A stretch of 64,000 nt of DNA from Mustelus asterias. Its lineage: Eukaryota. Position numbers and translations under genes: made by a program. Of this stretch, positions 33,498-46,200 are shown in pieces. Every line of letters begins with the position of its first letter. Positions within the stretch are counted from its first letter, which is position 1. The notes below the pieces were generated by a model that saw only the letters and a list, made by a program, of their open reading frames with translations, was not told the origin of the DNA and searched no databases. The DNA lies in NCBI RefSeq assembly GCF_964213995.1, contig NW_027590163.1, positions 496,001 through 560,000 of the forward strand. Direction: 5' to 3'.

Positions 33498-34559
33498 GCA
33501 GGTGTCCTTGCCTCTCTCTTGGGTGGACAATCAGTAGAAGCCTCATACACACACAGAACACGAGTACAGTCTCTCCCCGCTGTGAATGGTGTGATATTTA
33601 TTCAGGCTGTGTAACTGCTTAAAGCTCTTTACTCAGTGCACTGCAACACTCTAATTCGAGTGTGGAAGCTTTTCCAGTCACACTGATGTTTGAATTTTTT
33701 TCAAATCGACAGACTGGACAAACTTTTCTCCTTCTCGATTCAAAGGCCGATGATATTCAGCTCCCAAGGAATATGACTCTGTCAGATCTAGACGTGACGT
33801 TTGAGATTTCAGAACGTGATTCCTCTTTCAATATCCTGTAAAATGAGTTTATTAAAGCCATCACAAGATAGAAATTCAGAAGACACAATTCCTGTTTCCA
33901 TGGAACATTATTTCCTCTCTCATTCCCCAAGAGCTGTGAATCTCCATCCCACACACTCTCCCTCCATTCTCACTCTGCTGTATCTAATATTCACCCTCCC
34001 GATTCTCCTGAAGGTGCTGATTGAGGCTGATTGACAGATCCATGCTCACTGCTTCCTGTCCTGGACACAAAAATTATAAGAAATCGGACTGCAGTTGGCC
34101 ATTCAGCCCATCAAACTGCCTCAATCATTGATTGAGAATTGGCCGATCTAGCTCAGCGCCATTTCCCACGCTATCCCCCAGATGGCTCGATGCCTCAATG
34201 TCTTCAATATCTCAAAACTTATCAATCTCTGGCTTGAAATTTCTCGATGACTGAGGCTCCACAGTCCTCTGGGGTGCATAGTTCCAAAACGTCACCACAT
34301 ACTTGAGTGAGGAAATCCTTCCTCATCTTAACTTTCTCTCCATTTCCCTACCTGTTTCCCATAACGCTTGACTCGTTTATCAATCAAAAATCAGTGTAAC
34401 TCACCCTGGAATATATTCAATGACTCTCACCCTCCACTGATCCCTGTGGAGAAGAAATCCAAAGACTAATGACTCTAATAAGCAAGAGGTGAATGACTGG
34501 AAATATCTAAGATAGCGACAGTACAATATTAATCTGTCTGAAGCTCAATCTTCATTCAG

Positions 34560-34965
34560 AGAGGAGCAGCTTTGCTGGGCCGGAATGGAGGAAGCTGCGT
34601 GCGGCCATGGACACAAGTCCGGACTCTGATTGGCTGAAGGACCAGCACCCATCCGGTCCTCCACGGGTTGCCATTGGTCAATCTGCCGTATGTAGACAAT
34701 GTGGGGGCGGAACCCGATCCCACGTGGGGGTGGGCGGGGCTTTGACCGCCAGCCGCGCTGAGCTGGTGTCCAATCCGCAGTGTTTTGCTTCTGTAACCAG
34801 TGATATTGCTGCCAATGGGACACTGTGTGCTGGGAACGCCCCTCTGAGTCATTGTGACCGCACAATGGAGCGCTGCCTGAATCAGCCAATAGCATTCACT
34901 CTGCTCCGCGGTGACGTCTCCGGGTTCAGGCGCGCGGACCCGGGAGCCCCGCCCCCACCCATTAT
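34560..34965. promoter_or_regulatory. CpG-rich promoter of the ZNF at 32652-33497 (probably bidirectional)
   Basis: Several CCAAT/ATTGG, GC boxes (gggcggggc, ccccgcccc), TGACGT; ZNF-family intron block on both sides in opposite orientation (33895-34066 and 35056-35190). Confidence 0.6.
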
Positions 34966-35859
34966 TCCCCCAGTCTGTACATTCCACACATTGTTAGTCC
35001 AGTCAGATAGACATATATCTGTCTGGGAGCCTGCATGGAGATTTCCAGCTGTGTCCAGGACATGGATCTGTCAATCAGCTTGAATCAGCATCTTCAGGAG
35101 AATTGGGAGGGTGAATATTAGATACAGCAGAGTGAGAATGGAGGGAGTGTGTGTGGGACAGGGATTCACAGCTTTTGGGGAATGAGAATTGCTACATCCA
35201 TCAACCATCCCTGAGCCTTCACAATGAATCTCTTTTCTCAGGACACTCTTATCTCTGACTTTGTCTCTACTTGTAGCTGTCTCACAAAGCAGCTGCCTGT
35301 CTGCTGATACGAGAGGCCCTGCTGGGCAAGTTTAATGCTCCATGATTGTGTCTTTAATGACTGAATAGCTATAGGAATGTGGTCAAGCCTGCTAAATCCC
35401 ATGATGCTTTATATATCAGTCAGTAATTCATTTGTTAACACAGTCCACAAGGATATATAAATACATTTAAAGGCAAAATATTGCGGATGCTGCGATCTGA
35501 AACAAAAACAGCAAATGCTGGAAAATATCAGCGGGTCTGACAGCATCTGTGGAGAACTCTGACAAAAGGGTCATCCACACTCGAAACGTTGGTCTATTCT
35601 CTTTTTAAAATATATATCACACAGCTGCCTCAGCCTTGGCCCACTCTAACACATACAATTGTGCAATGGTGACTGGCAGGTCAGACAACTGGTCAGAATA
35701 TTAAAAATGGCCAAGAATGATGAAAAGAATGATAAGGGAGGAAACATTTGAGTATGAGAGAAAGCTTGTTCGAAGTATAAAGACCGATAACAAATGGAGC
35801 ACTGGCCATAGAGCAATAAAGCACAGAAACAGGTCCTTGGCCCAACTGGTCCATGCTGA

Positions 35860-36550
35860 CCACTGAACCTGTCCCTCAGAATTCTCTCCAGTAACTTATC
35901 CACCACTGACGTCAGGCTCAGTGGCCTTCAATTACCAGGCTTCTCTTTGCTACTCGTCTTAAACAACGGAACAACATGAGCCACGCTTCAATCTTCCAGA
36001 ACTTTGCCAGTGGAAGAGAAGAAGCAAATATCTCTGCAAGGGCCTCTGCAATTTCTTCCCTCGCCTCGCAAAAGATCCGAGAATACACTTGATCAGGCCC
36101 AGGGGATTTATCCACCTTAAAGTGCATTAAGGCTGAAGATATTTCCACCCAAGTAACATGTGTGTGGCCCAATACATAACCTCTTATTTCTTTAGCACCC
36201 ATGATATTCTCCTCAGTAAACATGGGGAGAAATATTCATTAAAAATCTCAGCCATCTCCTGTGGCTCCACACACAGACAGCTACGCTGATTTTTAAGAAG
36301 ATCTATTCTCTCTGTAGCCACACTTTTATTCTTAATATAGCTATAGAGCCTCTTGGGATTTTCTTTAACCTTACCTGCCAGATCTATATCATACCCTCTT
36401 TCTGCCCTCCTGATTGCTCTCTGAAGTGTTCTCTTACACTTTTTAATCACATCAAGTGATTCACTTGTCCCCGATTGCCTAAACCCAATGTATGCTTCCT
36501 TCTTTTACCTGACCAGAGCCTCAATATCCCTTGTCAGCCAGGGATCCCTG
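35860..36550 (-). mobile_element. CR1 LINE ORF2 internal fragment
   Basis: KVDKSPGPDQVYSRIFCEAREEIAEAL; KVKENPKRLYSYIKNK. Confidence 0.8.
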
Positions 36551-36798
36551 GCTACATGACCTGAGCAAAGATAACAAGCCTGTACTGTGTTGTCAGCCAG
36601 CAGGCTGCTGTGGAAGCTTTCTTCATAACAGAGCAAGAGCGAGCCCTTTCTATATATTTAATTCAAGATTTTATAAGAGATTAGAGGGCAATTTATTTCG
36701 TCCATTACTTCAATTGGACTCGTCTCCATTCCCGGTATTTCTGGACCAGACGGGACCATTTCCCTTTTTTCTGGTGGATAATGGAAGTGTCACTGATT

Positions 36799-37207
36799 CT
36801 GATTTGATTTATTATTATGTGTATTAGTATACAGTGAAAAGCATTGTTTCTTGCGTGTTATACAAAGCATACCGTTCATAGAGAAGGAAAGGAGAGGGTG
36901 CAGAACGTAGTGTTACAGTCATAGTAGGGTGTAGAGAAAGATCAACTTAATGCAATGCAGGACCATTCAATAGTCTGTTGGCAGCAGGGAAGAAACTGTT
37001 CTTGAGTCAGTTGGTACTTGACCTCAGACTTGTGTATCTTTTTCCCGACAGAAGAGAGTATGTCTGGGGTGCGTGAGGTCCTTAATTATGCTAGCTGCTT
37101 TGCCGAGGCAGAGGGAAGTGTAGACAGAGTCAATGGATGGGAGGCTAGGTTGTGTGATGGATTGGGCTACATTCACGACCTTTTGTAGTTCCTTGTGGTC
37201 TTGGGCA
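36799..37207 (-). mobile_element. Rex1/Babar LINE 3' fragment truncating a ZNF
   Basis: SAQDHKELQKVVNVAQSITQPSLPSIDSVYTSLCLGKAASIIKDLTHP; tail aataaatcaaatc. Confidence 0.8.
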
Positions 37208-37589
37208 GAATGAATCTCTTCCCACACACAGAATAGGTGACAGGCCTCGCCCCAGTGTGAACTCGATGGTGTCTCAGCAGGTGGGATGACCAAGTGAATC
37301 CCCTCCTACACACAGTGCAGGTAAATGGTTTCTCCCCAGTGTGAACTTGCTGATGTACAATGAGGTTGGATGAATACCTAAACATTTTCCCACAGGATGT
37401 GCAGCAGAATAGCTTAACCTCAGCGTCAGCTTGCAAGTGTGACTGGAGGCAGAATGAGTCAGCAAATCCCTTCCCACACATGGAGCAGGTGAATGGTCTC
37501 TCTCCTGTGTGACTGCGTCGATGCTTTTCCAGCTGGGATGGGTAATTGAATCCCTTCCCACAGTCCTCACATTTCTGAGGTTTCTCCAT
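37208..37589 (-). pseudogene. C2H2 zinc-finger gene truncated after about 4 fingers
   Basis: MEKPQKCEDC...; degenerate second and fifth fingers; runs into the Rex1 fragment; acceptor ttttgcag|aatattgg at about 37971. Confidence 0.75.
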
Positions 37590-37754
37590 GGTATCAGGGT
37601 CCTTGTGTCTCTCCAGGTTGGATGATCAGTTGAAATCTCCTCCACACACAGAATACGTGTACAGTTTCTCCTCACTGAATGGTGTGATTTTTTTTCAGAC
37701 TGTGTAACTGGTTAAAGCTCTTTCCACAGTCAGTTCACTGGAGCACTCTCACTC

Positions 37755-37788
<34 letters not shown>

Positions 37789-38067
37789 CTCGGTGCTTTT
37801 CCAGTCACACGAATTCTTCAAATCTCTACCCAAGTCAAATCAGAACAAACATTTCTCCTTCCACATTTAAAATCTGATGATATTCAGATCCTGATGAATT
37901 GAACCACTCTGTTTGATCTTGATGTGATGTTTGGTTTGAACTTTTGGCTGTAAATCCTCACTTCCAATATTCTGCAAAAGTTTACAAATTTAATCACTGT
38001 CAGAACAGGATAGAAATTCTGAACAGACAATTCCAGTTTCTCTGGAACATTTTTTCCTCTCTTTTAA

Positions 38068-38335
38068 ATGTCGGTCCCACACACTCTCCCTCCTCCTTGG
38101 GCTGAGGTCCCAGTTCAGATGCTGGTCCCACACACTCTCTCTCCCCTCCCTGGGCTGAGGTCCCAGTTCAGATGCTGGTCCCACACTCTCCCTCCTCCCT
38201 GGGCTGAGGTCCCAGTTCAGATGCCGCTCCCACACACTCTCTCTCTCTCCTTCCTGAGCTAAGATCCCAGTTCAGATGCCAGTCCCACACACTCTCTCTC
38301 TCTCTCTTCTCCCTGGGCTGAGATCCCAGTTCAGT
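38068..38335. repeat. Minisatellite, about 5 x 55 bp
   Basis: cccacacactctccctcctccctgggctgaggtcccagttcagatgctggt repeated. Confidence 0.85.
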
Positions 38336-38339
38336 GTTT

Positions 38340-38940
38340 GGATGAGTCTCTCTGTGTCCCCAGGCGGTGCATTGACAATCCGATCGCCTTCATCCCGATA
38401 CCGCACCGACACTGCGCATGTTTCACTCTCAGACCGACCCCGCCCCTCATTTAGTCCGATTGGTTGGAGCATCAGCCGCTCACACTCTAACCTCCAGCAT
38501 CGCCTCCTCCGATTGGTCCGGAATCGGTGTCAATCATTGTGTGTTGGCACATGCGCAGTCGGTAGAGACGGAAGGCAAGAGCTCGAGCGAGAGGTTTTAA
38601 AATGCGAGATTTACAAAGGGCGAGTGCGGATCCAGAGTCAAAAATAAATCCGTAAACATAAATAGAGCCAGCAGGTAAGTTAGAGAGGCTTCATAAGCTT
38701 ACTGTGCCGTCACTAAACCCTCCATAAGCTTTCGGTCCCGCGTTTGCTCGGCGAGGCGATCTTTCTCCAGGAGAGACCCCAGATACCGGCCACCATCTTT
38801 ATAGAGGCAATCTGCACCAAAGCGCATGCGCTGCTGCCACCTTTATACAGGGCAATGTGCACCAAAGGGCATGCGCTGCCGCCATCTTTATGCGGGGCAA
38901 TGTGCACTCAAGTGCATGCGCAATCTCCATGCAATCGCAG
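38340..38940. promoter_or_regulatory. Bidirectional CpG-island promoter between divergent ZNFs
   Basis: tgcgcatg (NRF1-like), gccgccatctt (YY1-like), CCAAT boxes, + strand donor cag|gtaagt at about 38674; 3 x 47-bp repeat at 38785-38925. Confidence 0.65.
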
Positions 38941-38944
38941 AATG

Positions 38945-39755
38945 TGCAACATCTGCCTCTTTACCTGCTCATTGCCCAAGGAGAAATACTCCTTTCAGGT
39001 GATGCAGCATTTCACTAGTACTTCCTCCAACTTGGTGAATTATATTCACTGCTCCCTTTGTGGTCTCCTCTACATTGGGGATATTAAACATACACTGGGT
39101 GACTGCTTTGTGGAAACATCTTTCACTCCAGCCCCAAGCTTGACCCCAACCTTCCGATCACTTACCATTTCAACTCAGCGTCTTGCTCTCATGCCCACAT
39201 GTCCACCCTTGGTCTGCTGCAATGCTTCAGTGATACACAATGCAAACTGAATGAAAAACACCTCATCTTCCAATTGGGCAAGTTACAGTCTTCTGGACTC
39301 AACATTGCATTCAACATCTTTAGAATGTGAACTTTCCCTTCCATCTTCACTCTCCTTTTTTGTTTTCTGTTATTCAGTTCCCCTTGGCTTGTCCCAACAC
39401 AACTGCCCTGCATGGACACTGTCCCTTGTTGTTCAGTTTTGCTCCCACTGAGTACTGACCTCTGATCTTCCATTAACACATTCCGTATCTAACCTTTGCC
39501 ACAGTCAACATTCTTCAATCCCTAATGATTCCATTAACACCCTCTTTTTTCTCAAGCCCCTGACATCATTATCAATCTCTCCTTAACTCTGACCGATCAC
39601 TAGCTTTCCATTCTGCCCCACCCCTCTTCAAGTTTATCATTTATATCTTTTTTATGTTCTGTAGAAGGGTCACATGGACTCAGACATTAACTTTGTTTCT
39701 CTCCACAATTGCTCCCATTCTTGCTGAGTTTATCCAGCATTTTCTGTTTTTATGC
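38945..39755 (+). mobile_element. Penelope-like element, GIY-YIG endonuclease remnant and 3' terminus
   Basis: FTSTSSNLVNYIHCSLCGLLYIGDIKHTLGDCFVE; terminus gctgagtttatccagcattttctgttttta. Confidence 0.75.
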
Positions 39756-39879
39756 ATGATCTTTATAGGTGGCAATGAGCCATTCATAAAATGTGCGTTC
39801 ACTGGGACTTTCAGATCAGCAACAATGGAATTGTAAACCCATGGTCACTCAGTAGTATGGAATTTAAGTATTGCTGATT

Positions 39880-40250
39880 GAAAGAGATGTGTTTTTGAAG
39901 CTTTTCATCTTGCACTCATCCAGACAGATGCAGAAATACAATTTTTCAAAGCAAACAACAATTGCTGCTGCATGAGGAACATGTATTGACTGGTTCGACA
40001 GTCAGTTCTGATTGGTTAGGATGTTGCCATGGAGAATGCACCAGGGAACTATCACTCCTGCCTTTGTTTCGTTTCAGAATTGCTTGGACATGTTCCTTCT
40101 ACATGCAGAGGGCAGCTCCCTGTGTTTGACTATATATAGCTTCTCGCAAGTGTAAGTAAAACACTTCACAAGTCCAACTGATAATCTTTACAATTTGGTA
40201 TTTTTGTGTCTGTCCGGATGAGTATAAGATACAAAAGGTTTTTAGCAATA
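39880..40250. mobile_element. Short element with terminal inverted repeats carrying decayed hammerhead-like cores
   Basis: cttttcatcttgcactcatccagacagatgcagaaatacaa (about 39901) is inverted relative to ttggtatttttgtgtctgtccggatgagtataagatacaaaag (about 40195). Confidence 0.55.
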
Positions 40251-40979
40251 CTCCAGTGCCTTAAAGGACAAAAATATAGCAGCTAGAGGGAGAGGTGAAG
40301 GGGGAGGGTTTCAGAGTTTGGGGATGAGAGACTGAAGGCATGGTCTCAAATGGTGGAGCAATTAAATAGTGAGTGTACAAGAGGCCAGAATGAGAGCAGC
40401 ACAGATATCTCAGCGGGTTGCGGGGCTGGAGGATAATATAGAGATAGGGAGGGATGAAGCCCTGGAGAGATTTGAACACAAAGAGGAGAATTTTAAACTA
40501 AAGACATGAGTGGGACAGGAATTTGCAACTTTGGGGATCAAGAGATCAAAGTGTTCCATAGGAACTAGTATTTCCTGTTCTTCCGGTGATGACTTTGTAA
40601 ACTCTTTTTGCAGAGAATTAGAACGGGAGGATTTGCAGACGAGAAACTCAAACCAAGTATCACGTAAAGAGCCGACAGAGTCACTCGATTAATCAGGATT
40701 TGAATATCGTCAGTCTTCGAATGTGGAAGGAGAAATGATTGTCTGTTCTGCCCGTGGGAAAAGGTTTGAAATATCAGTGTGACTGGAAAAGCACCGAGAC
40801 ACACACACACCCGAGAGAGAGTGTTCCAGTGAACTGACTGTGGAAAGAGCTTGAACCAGTTACACAGCCTGAAAAAACATCACACAGTTCACAGTGACGA
40901 GAAATTGTCCACGTGTTCTGTGTGTGAATGAGGCTTCAACTGATCATCCAACCCGGAGGGACACAAGGACACCAACACC

Positions 40980-41738
40980 ATGGAGAAACCGTGGAAATGT
41001 GGGGAGTGTGGGAAAGGATTCAATTCTCCATCCCTGCTGGAAATTCATCAGCGCAGTCACACTGGGGAGAGGCCGTTCATCTGCTCAGAGTGTGGGAAAG
41101 GATTCACTCAGTCATCCCAATTGCTAACACACCAGCGGTTTCACACTGGGGAGAGGCCATTCATCTGCTTGGAGTGTGGAAAGGGATTCACTCAGTTATC
41201 TGACCTGCGGAGACACCAGCGAGTTCACACTGGAGAGACACAGTTCACCTGCTCTGAGTGTGGGAAAGGATTCATTCAGTCATCCAATCTGCTGAAACAC
41301 CAGCAAGTTCACATTGGGGAGAGACCATTCACCTGCCCTGTATGTGGGAAAGGATTCACTGGGCCCTCTGATTTGCTAAGTCACCAGCGAATTCACACTG
41401 AGGAAAAGCTGTTCAGCTGCACTTCCTGTGGAAAGAGATTCAGGTCTTCAGCCCAGCTCAGTGTACACCAGCGAGTTCACACTGGGGAGAAGCCATTCAT
41501 CTGCTCTGAGTGTGGGAATAAATTTGCTCAGTTATCTCACCTGCAGACACACCAGCGAACACACACTGGAGAGAGACCATTCACCTGCTCTGAGTGTGGG
41601 AACAAATTCACTTCTTCATCGCACCTGAGGAGACACCAGCATGTTCACACAAGGGAGAGGCCATTCACCTGCTCCGAGTGTGGGAAGGGATTCACTCAGT
41701 CTGGCAGCCTGCTGAGGCACCAACGAGTTCACAATTAA
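40980..41738 (+). CDS. C2H2 zinc-finger protein, 9 tandem fingers, intact
   Basis: [10 protein letters not shown]...HQRVHN*; acceptor tttttgcag at about 40613. Confidence 0.9.
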   Translation: MEKPWKCGECGKGFNSPSLLEIHQRSHTGERPFICSECGKGFTQSSQLLTHQRFHTGERPFICLECGKGFTQLSDLRRHQRVHTGETQFTCSECGKGFIQSSNLLKHQQVHIGERPFTCPVCGKGFTGPSDLLSHQRIHTEEKLFSCTSCGKRFRSSAQLSVHQRVHTGEKPFICSECGNKFAQLSHLQTHQRTHTGERPFTCSECGNKFTSSSHLRRHQHVHTRERPFTCSECGKGFTQSGSLLRHQRVHN

Positions 41739-42489
41739 CTGCAGGGATTGGATTCTGCTGTTAGTGCAGTTCAATACTGACAGTTCATAAGACCATAAGA
41801 CATAGGAGCAGAATTAGGCCACTCGGCCCATCGAGTCTGCTCCGCCATTCAATCATGGCTGATTTTTTTTCTCATCCCATTCTCCTGCCTTTTCCCCATA
41901 ACCCCTGATCCCTGATCTATCTCTGTCTTAAAGACACTCAATGACTGGCCTCCACAGCCGTCTGTGGCAAAGAGTTCCACAGATTCACCATTTCCTGGCT
42001 GAAGAAATTCCTCCTCATCTCTGTTTTAAAGGATTGTCCCTTTAGCCTGAGGTTGTGCCCTCTGGTTCTAGTTTTATCTGGTTTGGATTTTGTTTCGTTG
42101 ATGTTAATAATCCCTGTAACTGGGCTGAAGTTTAAAATTCTAGATCTAGAGCTGATTGTGTTCTCAGGGCTGCAGCTTCCCTTTAAGAACCGCTGCCTCT
42201 GATCTTTCCCCATAACTCAGCAACTCTCATCAGAAATTAGTTTACAACAAGATTCTGAACTTTTACTTCAATCCTAAATTGATCTTTGGTACAAACTCTA
42301 CAATTCAGTGCCTGAGAGGTTCTCCTGATGAACATTTCCAATTAGAAAGTGCTGATTAATCCTTGCTGAGAATTCTTACTGACCTGCACATTACACACAG
42401 TGACACCTCCATTATCCACCAGAAAGAAGGGGAATGAGAATTGATGGAGAATCGTGAGTTCCCAAATCTTACCCCTCCTGTGGGTACAG

Positions 42490-44403
42490 AATTTCGATTT
42501 TCAAGTTTGCTTATGACACCACCATAGTGGGTCGGATCTCAAACACTGACGGGACAGAGTACAGGAATGAGATAGAGAATCTGGTAAACTGGTGCGGCAA
42601 CAATAATCTCTCCCTCAATGTGTGGAATGGACTGCCTGCAGTGATAGTGGAGTCAGCCACTTTCGGAACATTTAAGCGGTTGTTGGATAGGCACATGGAG
42701 CACACCAGGATGATAGGGAGTGGGAAAGCTTGATCTTGGTTTCAGATAAAGCTCGGCACAACATTGAGGGCTGAAGGGCCTGTTCTGTGCTATACTGTTC
42801 TATGTTCTATGTTCTAATGTCAACAAAACGAAGGAGATTGTCATCGACTTCAGGAAGCGTAAAGGAGAACATGCCCCTGTCTACATCGTAAGAAGTTTAA
42901 CAACACCAGGTTAAAGTCCAACAGGTTTATTTGGTAGCAAAAGCCACACAAGCTTTCGAGGCTCTGAGCCCCTTCTTCAGGTGAGTGGGAATTCTGTTCA
43001 CAAACAGAACTTATAAAGACACAGACTCAATTTACATGAATAATGGTTGGAATGCGAATACTTACAACTAATCCAGTCTTTAAGAAACAAAACAATGGGA
43101 GTGGAGAGAGCATCAAGACAGGCTAAAAAGATGTGTATTGTCTCCAGACAAGACAGCCAGTGAAACTCTGCAGGTCACCAGGCAAGACTGTTCTCTTCCT
43201 GTTGGGGAGCACTTCAGCAGTCACGGGCATTCGGCCTCTGATATTCGGGTAAGCGTTCTCCAAGGCGGCCTTCGCGACACACGACAGCGCAGAGTCGCTG
43301 AGCAGAAACTGATAGCCAAGTTCCGCACACACAAGGACGGCCTCAACCGGGATATTGGGTTTATGTCACACTATTTGTAACTCCCACAGTTGCGTGGACC
43401 TGCAGAGTTTCACTGGCTGTCTTGTCTGGAGACAATACACATCTTTTTAGCCTGTCTTGATGCTCTCTCCACTCCCATTGTTTTGTTTCTTAAAGACTGG
43501 ATTAGTTGTAAGTATTCGCATTCCAACCATTATTCATGTAAATTGAGTCTGTGTCTTTATAAGTTCTGTTTGTGAACAGAATTCCCACTCACCTGAAGAA
43601 GGGGCTCAGAGCCTCGAAAGCTTGTGTGGCTTTTGCTACCAAATAAACCTGTTGGACTTTAACCTGGTGTTGTTAAACTTCTTACTGTGTTTACCCCAGT
43701 CCAACGCCGGCATCTCCACATCCTGTCTACATCAACAGAGACGAAGTAGTAAGGGTCGAGTGCTTCAAATTTTTAGGTATCCAGATCACCAACAACCTGT
43801 CCTGGTCCCCTCACACCGACACTATAGTTAAGAAAGCCCACCAGTGCCTCTACTTTCTCAGAAGACGAAGGAAATTTGGCATGTCAACTACGACTCTCAC
43901 CAACTTTTACGGATGCACCAAAGAAAGCATTCTTTCTGGTTGTATCACAGCTTGGTATGGCTCCTGCTCTGCCCAAGACGCAAGAAACTACAAAAGGTCG
44001 TGAATGTCGCCCAATCCATCACGCAAACCAGCCTCCCATCCATTGACTCTGTCTACACTTCCCGCTGCCTGGGCAAAGCAGCCAGCATAAATAAGGACAC
44101 CATGCACTCCAGACATACTTTCTTCCACCTTCTTTCCTCGGGGAAAAAGATACAAAAGTTTGAGGTCACACATAACTGACTCAAGAACAGCTTCTTCCCT
44201 GCTGCCATCAGACTTTTGAATGCACCTACCTCACATTAAGTTGATCCTTCTCTGCACCCTAGCTATGACTGGCCGTGATTGTAACACTACATTCTGCACT
44301 CTCGTTTCCTTCTTTATGAACAGTATGCTTGTCTGTATAGCGCACAAGAAACAATACTTTTCACTGTATACTAATACATGTGACAATAAATCAAATCAAA
44401 TCA
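42490..44403 (+). mobile_element. Rex1/Babar LINE 3' half hosting nested CR1 (42622-42815, TSD aatgt) and Penelope insertions
   Basis: FKFAYDTTIVGRISN..YRNEIENLVNWCGNNNLSLN|VNKTKEIVIDFRK..; KLQKVVNVAQSITQTSLPS; tail aataaatcaaatcaaatc. Confidence 0.85.
42888..43721 (+). mobile_element. Young Penelope-like insertion: 289-bp inverted arms around a GIY-YIG C-terminus
   Basis: Arms 42888-43176 and 43397-43685; PVGEHFSSHGHSASDIRVSVLQGGLRDTRQRRVAEQKLIAKFRTHKDGLNRD; 12-bp TSD cctgtctacatc (42876-42887, 43722-43733). Confidence 0.92.
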
Positions 44404-44459
44404 AAAAAGTATTCCCCTCAGCTCGGGAGTGCACACAAGTTCCACTCCAAGTACTAGGC

Positions 44460-46200
44460 TGTAAAAAAAAATCTCTGTCCGATAACCCTATAAAATCTGA
44501 AGAAATTTCTGGATTATTATAGAAGTAGCTCACTGTGTTATGAAGAAAGCTTCCACAGCAGGTTACTGGCTGACAAACACAGGACAGACCTGTTAACTCT
44601 GTTTGCAGCACAGGCCTTCAATCTCATGACCCTCATGTAATCTAACTGTCTGCGTGAAGGTTAAAACAGGCTCTCGAGAGTGAAGAGATTTTGAAGTGAT
44701 CCGTACTGACTTCAGCCCAATACCCACACTCTGGCTCACAACAGTTAACCATTCAGAGGAGACTGCAGCCACCAGCTACAGAGACCAGCACTCACTCTGT
44801 ATCATCCTGTTTGTCCTCTGGGACTGGTAAACCATTCTCACCTGTCAGTTTGTGGGTTTTTCCTGTTTATTTAGCTTCTGCATCACACTTAAACTGTTGT
44901 TCCTCAATGAAATACTTTAAGTCACTTCTGAGCTCAACACCCTTTTTGGGTAATCTGTGATTTGTGAAGCTAAATCTTACAAGTGGTGTTCGGAGTGGGA
45001 TCAGTTTTCGTTAAACATGAATGGAGAAGTTCCTAAGTGAAGCCAGGACTATACAATGGCACTGCCTCATTACAGGGAATGACTGATAGATAGTCTAACA
45101 GAGAAAACAGACCGGGGGTGAGAGATATCCTGTGGATTGGAGAAGAGGGTGACACGGATTACGAGTATATCCTCAATAAGATTTCTAAACCGGTTCAGAA
45201 AGGACAAATTGATGAGGTCCAGAATCAGTTAGAAAATATCCACAAGGTGGATGCAAGTGAACAGAGACCTGGAGAATCTTTAAAGTTCGTGCATGAACTT
45301 ATGTTTGAACCAGATGTATTTACAGCATGTCAATAATTTAGAATTGTGAAAGATGATCTGCAGGTGGGGAGGATGAATCTAAGTCAACAGTTATCACACT
45401 TACTGGAAAAGTTTTGACATTTACTCTCGATGGCAGCTTATGGATTTGTGTGGCTGATTCTGATCATTCGAGTAGCTTCAGTCTGTTATCCAGGGAATGT
45501 CATTCAGAAATTAGGAAAGCAAGCTTGGAAACAGCTTAAAATGGTGAGGTTAGTCTGAAATCAGTTGAGATGTCAATAAAGATAATCCCTCTCTTGGTGG
45601 GGACATCTTTAAGAAATCACCAATAACCTTATATAAATCTTTGGAAATGTATTGACTATTATGGGGGTCTCTCTCTCACTCCTTTTCTTATCAGGAAAGC
45701 TTTCTGGGTTGATAAACACAGGACAGTGTGGACCTGTTGTCTCTGCCAAAGACACTTCTGTAGCACAGAACCTGAAACAAGACAAACTTGATCGGCTTGG
45801 GGGGTTGTCATGACCCACATGGAAACCAACTGTCTGAGTAACGATTAAGCCAGATGTCCGAGCAAGCAATGAGCCACAAAATGACTTCATGAATATCCGA
45901 TGGGAATAGGAGGGATTACCTTGATTATCTGTGCTTGACTAATGGACAATTGAATAAGTGATTGATGTAAGACCCCAAAAATAAGGTTTATGAATGGGCC
46001 TTTGAGAGGGTAAATCACATCAGACACCAAAGAACTTCTCAAAGTGATCCATCCATCCACATTTGTCCCTCTTCATTGGAGGTGTGAGAAACAGGTTTAT
46101 AGATGTGGCCTAATGTACAATGAATGATGACACTTTAAAATGGAAATTCCACGCAAGTTGCTGAAATCGAGTGTCTGTTGCCATGGCTACTGAGTAGGTT
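44460..46200 (+). mobile_element. Old short LTR element: LTR, tRNA-Leu-like PBS, about 620-bp internal relic, second LTR
   Basis: LTR ends ...cttaca at about 44980, then TGGTGTTCGGAGTGGGAT; 44460-44590 is homologous to 45608-45730; related LTR pieces at 36560-36690 and 62195-62375. Confidence 0.55.
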
